Sequence record: LC819005.1
Strand: one strand, 5' to 3'
DNA length: 64,000 nucleotides
The notes under the pieces were generated by a model, which was given only the letters and a program-made list of their open reading frames with translations, was not told the DNA's origin and searched no databases. A program made the position numbers and the translations under genes. How positions within the stretch are numbered: position 1 is the first letter of the stretch; every line of letters starts with the position of its first letter. Of the stretch, positions 47,120 through 57,275 are shown one piece after another.

Positions 47120-47269
47120 ACAGCTTTCCTTTATAGTCAGTCGCAGTAACGATGATATGTACGCCTGAACCTCCAGAATCCTCGTGTTTCACGACGAATC
47201 GCACCTGGCTATTCAAAGCACACCATACCGAAGCGTAGTATTTTTCCTACTCGACGGTCCCGTTCAATT

Positions 47270-47279
47270 TAGTAATATG
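47270..47279 (-). promoter_or_regulatory. Early promoter motif CATATTACTA upstream of nvRNAP beta
   Basis: Same 10-mer, about 150 nt upstream of the start. A variant CATATCATC lies near 47151-47159. Confidence 0.6.
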
Positions 47280-47308
47280 TGTTCGTAGTCATTTCCACTG
47301 GGACTCCT

Positions 47309-47653
47309 ATGCAAGCAAGTATCGAGAAGCTGGCTCAAGCACCAGCCGCCGTTACCTTCGATGATCCCGCCTTTCGGGCAGTTCTCGAAGATCACCTGAC
47401 GTGGTTCAATGACCACGGACAAACGCGCACCGTACCCGTTACTGCGCACCAGATCGAAGTGTACGACTTCGACTGGATTGGTCTCCTGCAAGACCTGAAG
47501 ATCGCATCGGACCTTCATTGGCTCACCATCCGCATGAACGGTGGGAAATCTCTCACCGATGTTCCGCAAACACTGCGTTCTTTGCGTGTGGCGGACTACA
47601 GCGTGGTCAAAAACCTGGTGATGCTCAACTCCAGCAGCAAGCGCATCAAGTAA
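47309..47653 (+). CDS. Small LysM-like/T4 gp53-like baseplate wedge-type protein (start MQASIEK)
   Basis: DLHWLTIRMNG resembles the gp53-family LHWVILLxN motif. Confidence 0.55.
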   Translation: MQASIEKLAQAPAAVTFDDPAFRAVLEDHLTWFNDHGQTRTVPVTAHQIEVYDFDWIGLLQDLKIASDLHWLTIRMNGGKSLTDVPQTLRSLRVADYSVVKNLVMLNSSSKRIK

Positions 47654-47744
47654 CAAAAAAGAAAAAGCAGCATAAGTACCCCATCCCCGCCAATGCATCC
47701 CGAAGGACGCATCGGTGAGGATGGGGCGCTATGCCGCCTTCACA

Positions 47745-49502
47745 TCAACGGAAGAATCCGCGCTGTGCGAGCTGGTTCTGCTGAGCCGTTTCCACGGCGG
47801 TGCGCAGATAGCGCGGCACCGTGGTCTGACGTTGCAGTTGCTGCGATTGCATCGCCGTTGCGCTTTGCACGTGCATCTGCGAGAGCAGGTTCTGGAACAT
47901 CACCGGATTCGCACGATACATCTGGATTTCGGCTTCGCTCAGTCCCGGCACTTGCGACGGATCGCTGATTGCCTGTTGCATGCCCATACGCTGCATGCCC
48001 ATCGGCTGACCCATCGGCACCACGCCGACACCTGCTTGCACTTGCGCCAGCGGTACGTACACCTTACCGTCGACGATTGCAGCACCTGCCGGCACGGCGC
48101 TCACGCCTTGACCTTCAACCGGGATATACAGCTGGCCGTTGATCAGACGTGCCGATTCCGGCACTTTCTGCGCCTGCGGTTGCATTTGCATCTGTTGTTG
48201 CGGAATCATGCCCGGCAACACCTGGCCCGGCAGACCCATTTGCTGCTGTTGCGGCGGTTGCTGTGCTGCGAGCAACGTACCAACCGGCGGCGTCGCCGGA
48301 ACGTGTGCCGACAGCGGCGGCTGGTGATACGAGAGACCGGCCACCTGTTTCGCTTGTTGATCGGTGATCTGATGCGTAGCGTGTTCGACGGTCGGGGCGG
48401 CAACACCCAGTTTGAATCGCGGCTTCACGGGAACGTGGACCTCTTGCTGTTGGGGGTGGTGAGCCACAAACGTGGCAGCGGGAACACCTGCGGTTTGCGC
48501 CGGTGCATTGGCGATCGAGGCCGAGATCGTCGGGGCGACGTCTGCTGCGACCACCGTACGTTGCAGCGGCGTATCGGTGATCTTCGCCGGCGCGAGCGCT
48601 TGCTGGATGCGTTCGCTCGGTGCATTGCCTTCGAGCAGCGGAATACGACGGATTTCCGGCAACAGCGGCGAGATATCCGCGAAGTCATCACGCCAGTCGT
48701 TGACGATCAGCAGCGCCGTGCTCGTGTTGATCACCGGCTCCAGAATAGACACCGCCTTGTTCTGCACTTCCGTGTACATACCGTACAGTTGCATCAGTGC
48801 TTCCATCGACGGCGCGATCTTCGAGTCCGAACCCACTTCGTAGAACTGCGGCTCACGAATGCCTGCGAAGAGGAATTCGTACATGCTGCGCAACATCTTG
48901 ACATCCGCGATGCGCAGCTTGTGACCGGCGACTTCTGCCGGCTTGTTGTCCTTCGGCAGCAGTTCGTACAGCGGGAAGTGACACACAGCCACACGCGAGC
49001 GCTTCTGACCCTGGAACACGCGGCCCTTGATCACCGAGAAGCGGATGAACTCCGCGTTCTTCTTCGACACGCGCTTGGCCGAGACGAGATCCGTCAGCAA
49101 CTTGACGAACTTCGCATCGGAATCCGAGAACGGGCCGAGGTAAGAAGCCTGTTCCGGCGTCAGGTCCTTGTGCATGTCCTTCTTCACGCCGAGTTGCGCG
49201 ATGTCCAGCAGCAACATGCCGAGCATGAAGTCCGAATACGCGTTCATGCGCTCACGGAACTTCTCCAACACACGCGATTCGCCGCCCGCGACGTTTTGCA
49301 GCAGCGGGTGGAAACCAATGCGACCCGACCAGTCCGTCTGTTTCAGCTGGTTGTCGGTGGGCAGCACCACGCGTTTCGAATCGACGAGCAGCGGCTTGGG
49401 GGTATCGCCGCCCGGCAGGATCGTGCTCACGAATCCTTCGCTGTCGGATACCATCCCGACAGCTGCCTGAACGCTCTTATACAGCTCGATGAGGGTTTTC
49501 AT
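47745..49502 (-). CDS. Conserved nucleus-block protein (phiKZ gp70-like) with a Gln/Pro/Met-rich C-terminus
   Basis: Synteny between the PicA-like gene and nvRNAP beta. Low-complexity tail visible in the sequence. Confidence 0.7.
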   Translation of the reverse strand: MKTLIELYKSVQAAVGMVSDSEGFVSTILPGGDTPKPLLVDSKRVVLPTDNQLKQTDWSGRIGFHPLLQNVAGGESRVLEKFRERMNAYSDFMLGMLLLDIAQLGVKKDMHKDLTPEQASYLGPFSDSDAKFVKLLTDLVSAKRVSKKNAEFIRFSVIKGRVFQGQKRSRVAVCHFPLYELLPKDNKPAEVAGHKLRIADVKMLRSMYEFLFAGIREPQFYEVGSDSKIAPSMEALMQLYGMYTEVQNKAVSILEPVINTSTALLIVNDWRDDFADISPLLPEIRRIPLLEGNAPSERIQQALAPAKITDTPLQRTVVAADVAPTISASIANAPAQTAGVPAATFVAHHPQQQEVHVPVKPRFKLGVAAPTVEHATHQITDQQAKQVAGLSYHQPPLSAHVPATPPVGTLLAAQQPPQQQQMGLPGQVLPGMIPQQQMQMQPQAQKVPESARLINGQLYIPVEGQGVSAVPAGAAIVDGKVYVPLAQVQAGVGVVPMGQPMGMQRMGMQQAISDPSQVPGLSEAEIQMYRANPVMFQNLLSQMHVQSATAMQSQQLQRQTTVPRYLRTAVETAQQNQLAQRGFFR

Positions 49503-49568
49503 CCTTTGTCCTTTCGTTATTTGAGGGAAGAAAAGGGAAACGGGTTGCCCCGTTTCCCCGTTCAGGCT

Positions 49569-51266
49569 TTAGTAATCGCCTGCCAGACCACCGATGCGGC
49601 CGCTACCGTCGCCTTGCACGGCGATAGCGCTCGACAGGGAGTCGTGGCTGCCCGGGCTGAGGATTGCTTTGCACGAATCAACCACCTGATCGATGGCTTG
49701 TGCCATTCCCGAGAGACGGCCCAGATCAGTTGTCACGATCGGAGCCAGCGACGAGGACGCGAAAGCCGGCACGACGTAGTCCATCCGGTCGTTTTGCCAC
49801 ACGAGCTGGATATACACGTCGTTGAATGCATCCGCGAACACGTCGACTTCAAACGGGATTTCATCGCGTTCACTGACGATGTTCAGACACTCCATGATCA
49901 GTCGGCCCTTGAGGGCTTCCAGACGCTGGAAGAGCATCCCGTCATTGTCCATCCCATCACACGCCTGAATGGTGACCTCGGTGACACCACTCAGATTGTT
50001 GGCGTTGAACGCCAGGGTTGCTACACCCGACATCGACATCAGCGCCAGCACGGTTTGTGCAATCGCCGTCGCGTGCAACGAGATCGTGTACGCGCTGCCG
50101 ATCGATTCCACCTGACGACCATCCGGAATCACGATCGCACCGGTTTCGTACGAGCGACCGAACACTTCAGCACGATCGTCGATGGTCGGATCGAGCATCA
50201 TCAGGTCGCTGTAGGTGAACTGCGCAGTCGTGCCCACGCCATTGCCCAGCTTGCGATTCATCACGTGGATGAAACCGCTGTTGGAGAACGGTGTGTCCTG
50301 AATGCGCTGGCTCGCGAGCGAACCCGTTGCCGTGCCGTCCATGTTCATCGGATCGAACTCTTGCAGCGAGTTCTCGAACAGACCCTTGACCATGCGGCTG
50401 GCGAACGTCGGCACCAGTTGGTTCTGGTCGGCCGACATCATCGGCACATGCGTGAGCAGGCTGTCAAGATCCTGATACGTCATCGCTTGCGGTTCGCCGA
50501 ACTGCGCCGCTTGCTGCATGCCGTTGTACAGCTGGACCTTGTCGACCGCCTTCAGCACATCCGACGGACGCGTGAGATACATGTTCTCACCCATCCCGTT
50601 CAGACCGCCGAAACCTTGGTTACGCACCACGGCATTCGTGCGACCAATCGTCGGCACCGGATTGCCGAAACCATCCATGCGACGCATGCGCGCTTCGGTG
50701 ACGTGGTTGATCACGAACACCATCTGCGGGCTGATGTGCACGCTGGTCATGCCCATGCCGGTCGCGGCTGCTTCGTCGGTGTGACCCGAGATGAATTCCG
50801 TGCGGGTGAATTTACCGTTACGGAACACGTCGACCACCATCGTGAAGCGGAAACGCTCCGCCCACCAGCCGTTGTCGATGCTCGCTGCGCCATCGGGCGT
50901 ACCCGAGAAACGCACGAAGTCACCACCCTTCTGACCCATCACGTTACCCATGTTGATCGGGTCGAGTGCCGAGAGACCGTTGCGCTGGATTTCATCCGCG
51001 AGGATGTTCAGGCTCGTGTCGCTCGCGACGATGTCGTAGGAACGACGTTGTTGGTCCGCTTGCGGACGCGTGAGACCCAGATAGAGTTTCCGGATCTCCA
51101 TGTGCATGGCGCCTTGCGCTTCGACCGACGCTTGCGGCATGCCGAAGTTGTACGTCTGCTGAATCAGGCTCGGAGCCCCGAGTGTCTGACTCGTTGCATC
51201 CAAGCTTCCGAAGCCCTGACCTTGACCGATCTGGGCGTCCAGGCTACCGAAGTTGAAGTTGCTCAT
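49569..51266 (-). CDS. picA: PicA/Imp1-like phage-nucleus protein import factor (phiKZ gp69-like)
   Basis: 565 aa, directly downstream of the gp68-like gene in the conserved Chimalliviridae order. Assigned mainly by synteny. Confidence 0.6.
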   Translation of the reverse strand: MSNFNFGSLDAQIGQGQGFGSLDATSQTLGAPSLIQQTYNFGMPQASVEAQGAMHMEIRKLYLGLTRPQADQQRRSYDIVASDTSLNILADEIQRNGLSALDPINMGNVMGQKGGDFVRFSGTPDGAASIDNGWWAERFRFTMVVDVFRNGKFTRTEFISGHTDEAAATGMGMTSVHISPQMVFVINHVTEARMRRMDGFGNPVPTIGRTNAVVRNQGFGGLNGMGENMYLTRPSDVLKAVDKVQLYNGMQQAAQFGEPQAMTYQDLDSLLTHVPMMSADQNQLVPTFASRMVKGLFENSLQEFDPMNMDGTATGSLASQRIQDTPFSNSGFIHVMNRKLGNGVGTTAQFTYSDLMMLDPTIDDRAEVFGRSYETGAIVIPDGRQVESIGSAYTISLHATAIAQTVLALMSMSGVATLAFNANNLSGVTEVTIQACDGMDNDGMLFQRLEALKGRLIMECLNIVSERDEIPFEVDVFADAFNDVYIQLVWQNDRMDYVVPAFASSSLAPIVTTDLGRLSGMAQAIDQVVDSCKAILSPGSHDSLSSAIAVQGDGSGRIGGLAGDY

Positions 51267-51325
51267 CTTGCTTTCCTTTCAAGTTTTTGATCCGAGAGTT
51301 CGCTTCTCCCGGACCGAGGTGGTGT

Positions 51326-53056
51326 TTAGTTGTACTGCCACGGCGCAAAATCCTGGGTGAGACTCATACCCAGGTTCTTCGCCATCAAATCTTGATACAC
51401 AGCCATCGGATCGATCCGAACCATGGGACGCTCCGCCAACCACTTCGCGTACTCCATGAACATCGTCACCGCTTTGGACGGAATGACGTACGTTCGGTTC
51501 GGCATGTTTCCTTGTACCCGACGCAGGGTTGCATCGCTGAAGGTACAATTAATATCGTACTCTTGTAAAGAACGCGCCAGTTCGTACACGTCTTCGAACA
51601 CGAAGTTGCGTACTTTCTTCTGGTTTCGGCTGCGCTGCTCCATCGGGAAGATGGCGCGATACGCTTCACGATCGGCTGCGCGCAGCGGCGCAATCGACTC
51701 ACCGATAAACCGCGTGCCTTCACCCGAGCTCGACATGCGCTCGTAAGCGCCGGTCACAAGCTTGGCCAGATCGATCTTGTTGTGGTGCAACAGAACCGCT
51801 TGCGCGAGTCCGAGCAATGCCACGACCCGTTCCTTGCGCAGGTTGCCGACAGTGCGAACCTGGCTATACGGATGGAACAACCACGCCGCGATGGTGATCT
51901 GTTCGTCAGCGAGTGCTGCGTTGTGCAGCGACTTCGACGATTCCAGTGCATCTGCCACCAGTTCGTAGTCGATACCCGGAGCAACACGCTCCAGCAACGA
52001 CATCGGATCACGCTCACCCTTCACCAGCATCTCGACCTGCCGTTCGAGATAATGATCGCCGAGTGCTTCCTGACCAACCGTCAGTGCAATCCGATTGCGG
52101 AATCCTTCCAGATACGACTGGTTGTTTTCATCCGCGGAATACGACGTTTCGGCGAACTTGTTCTTGATCGCCGGCTGGGAACTGGCAATCGTGGTGACGC
52201 GATGCCGCACGTAGTTATACAGTGCAGACACCACTGGCGTGAGGTTATTCACACCCATCACATCCACCACCGGCAAACGGTTGATCACGAGACTGGTCAA
52301 CGCCCAGTACACGAAATCGTCCGAACCGATCCCCATCAGCACCGCCGCGGGGTTATTCCGATCGTTGCCGATCGTGTGGTCCACGAACTGTTCGAGTCGT
52401 GCCATGGCTGCATTCTGCGCCGGCCACGCTTGTTCGATCAGGCTATACGTGAGCATATCTTTCAGTTCACGCGAGAGCACCGACTTCGTGAGCGCCGCAA
52501 AGTCGAACCAGAACGGACACGCCGCGCGCACGATAATCGCGAGCGGGATGAGTCCCTTGTAATCCTCCAGCAGGTAAGTACGCTCACGCGTACCCGGCAT
52601 CGTTTCCGGATTGAAGACGATGTTGATGTCCGCCGGAATGCGCGGCTTCAACGACGACCACACCCAGTTGTAGAAGTGCGTCGGATCGATCTGATCGAAA
52701 AGCGTCTTGGCCATCGGCCGAATGGCTTCGATCAGGTCTTCGCAGTCGTCCTGCTGCATGTTCGTTTCTCGCAGCACCTGATGGATGTTGCGATACTCGG
52801 CGAAGATGGCATCCTGCTTGTCCATCGGCAGCAGTGCGAAGTACATGTTGACCTGATCGAATGCATCCGCGTTCGTATCCGGGTCGGAATTCCACGTCCG
52901 TGGCGGGAAATTCCATTGCAGCTGGTCGGTCCCGTGTTCGATGATCATGAAACGCTTGCTACGGGCTTTGCCGTAGGAATGCGAGTACATCGCGAGATCC
53001 GGATCATCTGAGCCATCAAGCTGAAAATCAGCCTGGCTCACCACTTTGATCTTCAT
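51326..53056 (-). CDS. nvRNAP sigma-like promoter-specificity subunit (phiKZ gp68-like)
   Basis: FDQVNMYFALLPMDKQDAIF, RTYLLEDY, QSYLEGFR and QITIAAWLFH align by eye with recalled gp68 segments. Confidence 0.8.
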   Translation of the reverse strand: MKIKVVSQADFQLDGSDDPDLAMYSHSYGKARSKRFMIIEHGTDQLQWNFPPRTWNSDPDTNADAFDQVNMYFALLPMDKQDAIFAEYRNIHQVLRETNMQQDDCEDLIEAIRPMAKTLFDQIDPTHFYNWVWSSLKPRIPADINIVFNPETMPGTRERTYLLEDYKGLIPLAIIVRAACPFWFDFAALTKSVLSRELKDMLTYSLIEQAWPAQNAAMARLEQFVDHTIGNDRNNPAAVLMGIGSDDFVYWALTSLVINRLPVVDVMGVNNLTPVVSALYNYVRHRVTTIASSQPAIKNKFAETSYSADENNQSYLEGFRNRIALTVGQEALGDHYLERQVEMLVKGERDPMSLLERVAPGIDYELVADALESSKSLHNAALADEQITIAAWLFHPYSQVRTVGNLRKERVVALLGLAQAVLLHHNKIDLAKLVTGAYERMSSSGEGTRFIGESIAPLRAADREAYRAIFPMEQRSRNQKKVRNFVFEDVYELARSLQEYDINCTFSDATLRRVQGNMPNRTYVIPSKAVTMFMEYAKWLAERPMVRIDPMAVYQDLMAKNLGMSLTQDFAPWQYN

Positions 53057-53104
53057 GGCCTTCCTTTGTTGGTGAGAGTGTCCCTATCGCACATAGGTTC
53101 ACAG

Positions 53105-53114
53105 TAGTAATATG
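53105..53114 (-). promoter_or_regulatory. Early promoter motif CATATTACTA upstream of the gp68-like gene
   Basis: Same 10-mer, about 50 nt upstream of the start codon. Confidence 0.7.
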
Positions 53115-53177
53115 TTCCCAAAGAAACATTGGTTTTAACGGTATTTCTTTAGCCTGTTTGTCGCACGAAGGCTTTTA

Positions 53178-53215
53178 AGCCTGCGGTCCTTTTCGGGACC
53201 GCAGGCTCTTTATGC
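53178..53215. terminator. Terminator after the chmC-like gene
   Basis: AGCCTGCGGTCC/GGACCGCAGGCT stem with a T-run on one side and TTATGC on the other. Confidence 0.8.
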
Positions 53216-53234
53216 GCTGAAGTTCCGCCGTGGC

Positions 53235-53966
53235 TTACCAGGGGATGTCGTCGCTAGCCATGTCACCGCCGCCAGCATTGCTGAAGCTGCGACCGCCACC
53301 GCCATTACCGCCACCATTGCCACCGCCATAACCACCGCCGCCACCGTTACCACCACGGTTGCCGCCGCCACCGCCGAAGTTACCGCCTTGCTTCGGTTCC
53401 GGGTGCTTGTACTGCTCCTTCAGGATGATCGGCATCAGCTGACGGATCGAGGCAACCTGGCCGAGTGCCAGGAACTTCGATTCGAGCGCCTTCGGCATTT
53501 CGTTGCCGTCGCCGTCGCGGAAACGCGTCTTGGTGTCCGGCATGAAGCTGAACTTGATGTTCGGACGCTTGTCGAGCACGATCGAGATGAAGACGATGCC
53601 GTTTTCTTCACGGCCGACCACGAGACGGTAAATCAGCACCGGACCGTCAGTCATCTTGCCCGGACCGATGAACTTCTTGTCGTGATGCTCGTACGCCCAG
53701 CGGAACGGCTGGTCGGCGTTCGCTGCGTGCTCGATCATCGACAGGAACATGTTGAACTTGTCGAGCGGCACGTTCGCCTGAATACGACCGTAGTCGTTGT
53801 TCGCGTCGGCCGCAATGTTCGTACGCACCGTGATGATCGGATCGTTCTTCTTGACGTCGAACGACATGTTGGCAAACTTGCCTTCGCCGTTGGGCGCGTA
53901 CATCGACAGCGCACGATGGTTGAGGACGGTTTTCGGGCGCTGGTTTTGGTTGTTGAATTCAGACAT
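53235..53966 (-). CDS. chmC: ChmC-like single-stranded nucleic acid binding protein (phiKZ gp67-like)
   Basis: 243 aa beta-rich core plus a G/N/R-rich tail ending DDIPW, directly upstream of the gp68-like gene. Confidence 0.6.
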   Translation of the reverse strand: MSEFNNQNQRPKTVLNHRALSMYAPNGEGKFANMSFDVKKNDPIITVRTNIAADANNDYGRIQANVPLDKFNMFLSMIEHAANADQPFRWAYEHHDKKFIGPGKMTDGPVLIYRLVVGREENGIVFISIVLDKRPNIKFSFMPDTKTRFRDGDGNEMPKALESKFLALGQVASIRQLMPIILKEQYKHPEPKQGGNFGGGGGNRGGNGGGGGYGGGNGGGNGGGGRSFSNAGGGDMASDDIPW

Positions 53967-54035
53967 GGTGATGTTGAGATTGTAAAGTTATCCTATTCAT
54001 GCAATGAAAGGACAGGGTAAAAAACGGCTGTGGGA

Positions 54036-54866
54036 TTACCAGTGTCTGAGATAAAGACGCAGGTTTTCCGCCAGAAACTTGTCCGACAGGGAGTTCAGCC
54101 CGTAGTTGATCTTGTCCAGACTCGTGGCAAAACTCCAGTTGTACTTCTTGCCCAGCTCGATCAGGGCCTTGCGATAGGTCATGCCGATCGGCCGGAACAG
54201 CTGGTTGTCACCGAAGATGGACAGGAAGCCCTCACGGAACGGGATCATGGGCAGATCCTTGCCGTTGTAGAACTTCGTGTACCACATGCTCTTGTCCTTG
54301 ATATTACCGGTGTGGGACTCCAGCAGCGACAACGCGGGAAACGACTTGGTGGTGAGGTCAAACGCGAAATGCGTCAGCATCAACGTGTTGCCCACCTGGG
54401 GATCAGTGATCTTGAGCGGATAAAGTTTGATCAACTCCTTTTCGTTCTTGATGATTTCACCCAGCACGGTGGTCTGGCTCTTGGCGAAGAGGACCTGGTT
54501 GGGCGTACTGTCCACACGCAAAATCGCATGCGGGAAACGCCGTTCCAGGCCGATGTAGTCCGGACAGTACAACACCGTCTCGAACTTACCCTGGCTCTGC
54601 TCGTCCGCGATCTCCTTGTACTTATCCAGCTCATGCCGGAATGATTCGATGAGATCTTTCTGATCCACATTAGCGACCTGATCACGACCGATCGCTTCGT
54701 AGTAGTTGCGGAAAAGCGTTTTCACATTCACCCAGTGGCCCGTGAAGTCTTTCATTACCTTCGGACCAGCCGGGTGATCGGGGTGGATACCAATAGCGCC
54801 TTCCACCGCCAGTGACGTGGCGATAGACAGCGGAAAGTATCCCGTAGCGCGTTCGGATGCATTCAT
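54036..54866 (-). CDS. Conserved nucleus-block protein, possible FEN/PIN-like fold
   Basis: WVNVKTLFRN, MLTHFAFDL, LLESHTG and WYTK. Synteny with SbcD. Fold call is tentative. Confidence 0.6.
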   Translation of the reverse strand: MNASERATGYFPLSIATSLAVEGAIGIHPDHPAGPKVMKDFTGHWVNVKTLFRNYYEAIGRDQVANVDQKDLIESFRHELDKYKEIADEQSQGKFETVLYCPDYIGLERRFPHAILRVDSTPNQVLFAKSQTTVLGEIIKNEKELIKLYPLKITDPQVGNTLMLTHFAFDLTTKSFPALSLLESHTGNIKDKSMWYTKFYNGKDLPMIPFREGFLSIFGDNQLFRPIGMTYRKALIELGKKYNWSFATSLDKINYGLNSLSDKFLAENLRLYLRHW

Positions 54867-54869
54867 GTT

Positions 54870-56027
54870 CTATACCAGTTCCGCGAGCTTGCGCTCAGCG
54901 AGGTTAAAGATCTCTGGGTCCAATCCCATCAGAGCCAGCTTCTCGGACATCAACTTCTGTACGTTCTGCCGCGTGATCTCGATCGGTGTGTAATCCATCG
55001 CTTTCTGCAACATTTCTGTTTGCTCGGCAATGGACTTGTCTTCATCCGCTTTACCCAATCCCGTCCAGAAGAAATGGGGATGGTCCTTTTCATACTGCAC
55101 GACAGCTTGCAGGATGGGATTGCCCTTATCCGCCAGAATCCGGATATGAGAGCCATCGGGTAGCGGCTCGATCGCAGTGAGAATTTTCTCATGAGACGCC
55201 TCAACATCTAGCATCTTGCAATCGACCGTATGGAAGATCTTGGCGTCCTCGGTTTCCACGAACTGAATCTCGTAGTCATCCGCTGAACGCACAATCGCAC
55301 GCACGTGACCTTTCGCACCTTCTTCGCCATGCGAGATTCGATCAAACGAACCCTGCGCGATAATCCGGTCGAGCCGATTGAAGATGTGCACGTGACCGAT
55401 AAAGATCAGATACCGCACCAGGGCCAGATACGCTTCGGCCGAGTGTTTCTGCGCTTTCACCACTGGCGGCAATTGGAACTCAAACTGCCCGTGCATGATG
55501 GCGTAATCCACCTTGTCGATACCCTGCTGACGCATCAGGTCTTTGACTTCATCCAGCGTTTTGTCCGCGTCGTCCGTCCATTCATCCGGCACGAACAACA
55601 CGTGAATACTGAACTTCGGCATCCAGACGATTCGCAGCGTATCCACGTACAGCAGATCTGCATTGATATCCATGACTTTGTTCAGCCACTCAAAGCGAGC
55701 CGACTGATCCCGGTCATGACTGGGTGTACCGCGCAGCACCCACAGCTGAATATCCAGCGCCTTACACAAACGCAGCATGTAGATGATCCACTCATCAATC
55801 ACGCTTACGTGGTCCTGCGGCAGGTTCAGTAAGTGGTCGTAGACGTCCCCTGCTAAAACAATTACATCCAACTTCGCGGTTTCCGCATCGCGCGGAAACC
55901 GCTTCTTCAGTCTTTCCACCATTTCCTCGGGTGGGTTCTTCCCATGCCCGAGGTGGAGGTCGCTGGTCGAGGCGATGCGAAAATCCTTACGCGTGACCAG
56001 CAGTTCTTGTTCAGAGGAGGTCGCCAT
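54870..56027 (-). CDS. sbcD: SbcD/Mre11-like metallophosphoesterase nuclease
   Basis: SDLHLG, AGDVYD, GTPSHD, IMHG and GHVH motifs. Confidence 0.88.
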   Translation of the reverse strand: MATSSEQELLVTRKDFRIASTSDLHLGHGKNPPEEMVERLKKRFPRDAETAKLDVIVLAGDVYDHLLNLPQDHVSVIDEWIIYMLRLCKALDIQLWVLRGTPSHDRDQSARFEWLNKVMDINADLLYVDTLRIVWMPKFSIHVLFVPDEWTDDADKTLDEVKDLMRQQGIDKVDYAIMHGQFEFQLPPVVKAQKHSAEAYLALVRYLIFIGHVHIFNRLDRIIAQGSFDRISHGEEGAKGHVRAIVRSADDYEIQFVETEDAKIFHTVDCKMLDVEASHEKILTAIEPLPDGSHIRILADKGNPILQAVVQYEKDHPHFFWTGLGKADEDKSIAEQTEMLQKAMDYTPIEITRQNVQKLMSEKLALMGLDPEIFNLAERKLAELV

Positions 56028-56604
56028 CGTTGAAGTCGAGTTGCGGCTTCTCCTTGCTTTCGGGTGAACCATCAGCGGAACTGCCGTCCGCCACCGTGCC
56101 GTCGAGCTTCAGAGTCTTGCCGTAGCGAGCCAGGATTGCGTTCCAGCGCTCCTGACGCTTTTTGATGATTTCATCGCGGTTTGTTGCAATACCACGTCCA
56201 TTAAATTCATGTTCGAGGTACATTTCTGCGCGACGCGGCGACTGATGCGAAAGCATAGCGACGGTGATCATCATCGACTGCAGGGAACCGCGCTTCTCGG
56301 CCTGGATTCGACTGAAGATATTTCGCTCCAGCAACGCTGGCATTCTGAAGAGTACGTTTCCTTCGGCATCAAGAACATCGACTTCAGAGAACGGACTGCC
56401 GGCCACGGCCGCCATCAGCAACGGAAATTCCGTGCTGACGACGTCACCGCTGAGGATGGGCAATATTTCTTTTACGAATGTACCTTCGGGAATCTGCTTC
56501 ACTTCCGCATCCACAACGAGTGCTTTGTGGATGTTGGTGATGTCGCTTGCAAGCTTCTGTTCCTTGAAGCTTTGCATGCCACTTTTAGGCTGCTGTTGGG
56601 ACAT
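56011..56604 (-). CDS. Conserved hypothetical nucleus-block protein
   Basis: 197 aa ORF overlapping the SbcD start, with typical codon usage. Confidence 0.7.
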   Translation of the reverse strand: MSQQQPKSGMQSFKEQKLASDITNIHKALVVDAEVKQIPEGTFVKEILPILSGDVVSTEFPLLMAAVAGSPFSEVDVLDAEGNVLFRMPALLERNIFSRIQAEKRGSLQSMMITVAMLSHQSPRRAEMYLEHEFNGRGIATNRDEIIKKRQERWNAILARYGKTLKLDGTVADGSSADGSPESKEKPQLDFNDGDLL

Positions 56605-56693
56605 AGCGGCACAAAACCTTTATAAAAAGGAGAGAGGGAATGGGAGTAGGAGTATGTTTGCATACAATACTACTCCCGAATCGAAAAACGCTT

Positions 56694-57275
56694 TTACAGC
56701 AGATCGTGATTCACAGCGGGCAGCTGGTTCTCGCTTGCTTGCGGTTGCGCTTCGCCAGCCGGCGCATCCGGAGGCGTGTCTTGCGACAGACCGGTTTCTT
56801 CCGGCTTGAAGTAGTCCGACACCACCGTGCAGCACATCAGCGACACGCCATCGCCCTTGAGCACGTTGCCCAGCTGACGAATGATTTCGTTGCCCAGCTG
56901 ATCCGGTACGGCGACAAAGCGCGTCTTGCGCAGATCGAACTCGTCGGGCTGGTAGGCGTTGAACGAGAAGTTGCGCGCGCCGTCCAGTGCGGTGCTGGCC
57001 GTGATCAGGATGAGGAAGCTCTGCTTGGAGAAGAGCCAGCGGTGTGTGAGTAGTGCCGCGGTCGTATCGCCCGGCATCATCACTTCCGGCTTGCAGAGAA
57101 CTTCTTCCGGACGAATCGGCAAATACGGCGTGGAGTTGTTGAACAACAGGCTGCCGATGTGGCGCATTGCTTCACCCACCGTACGATTGACATGACGGGG
57201 ATCTTCGACAGCGTGGCCGACTTCGTGCTCCACCATGTCGTGGATGAATTTCTGCAGGTCGTTGGGTTTATCCAT
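56694..57275 (-). CDS. Hypothetical protein
   Basis: 193 aa ORF with a start overlapping the upstream stop. Confidence 0.65.
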   Translation of the reverse strand: MDKPNDLQKFIHDMVEHEVGHAVEDPRHVNRTVGEAMRHIGSLLFNNSTPYLPIRPEEVLCKPEVMMPGDTTAALLTHRWLFSKQSFLILITASTALDGARNFSFNAYQPDEFDLRKTRFVAVPDQLGNEIIRQLGNVLKGDGVSLMCCTVVSDYFKPEETGLSQDTPPDAPAGEAQPQASENQLPAVNHDLL

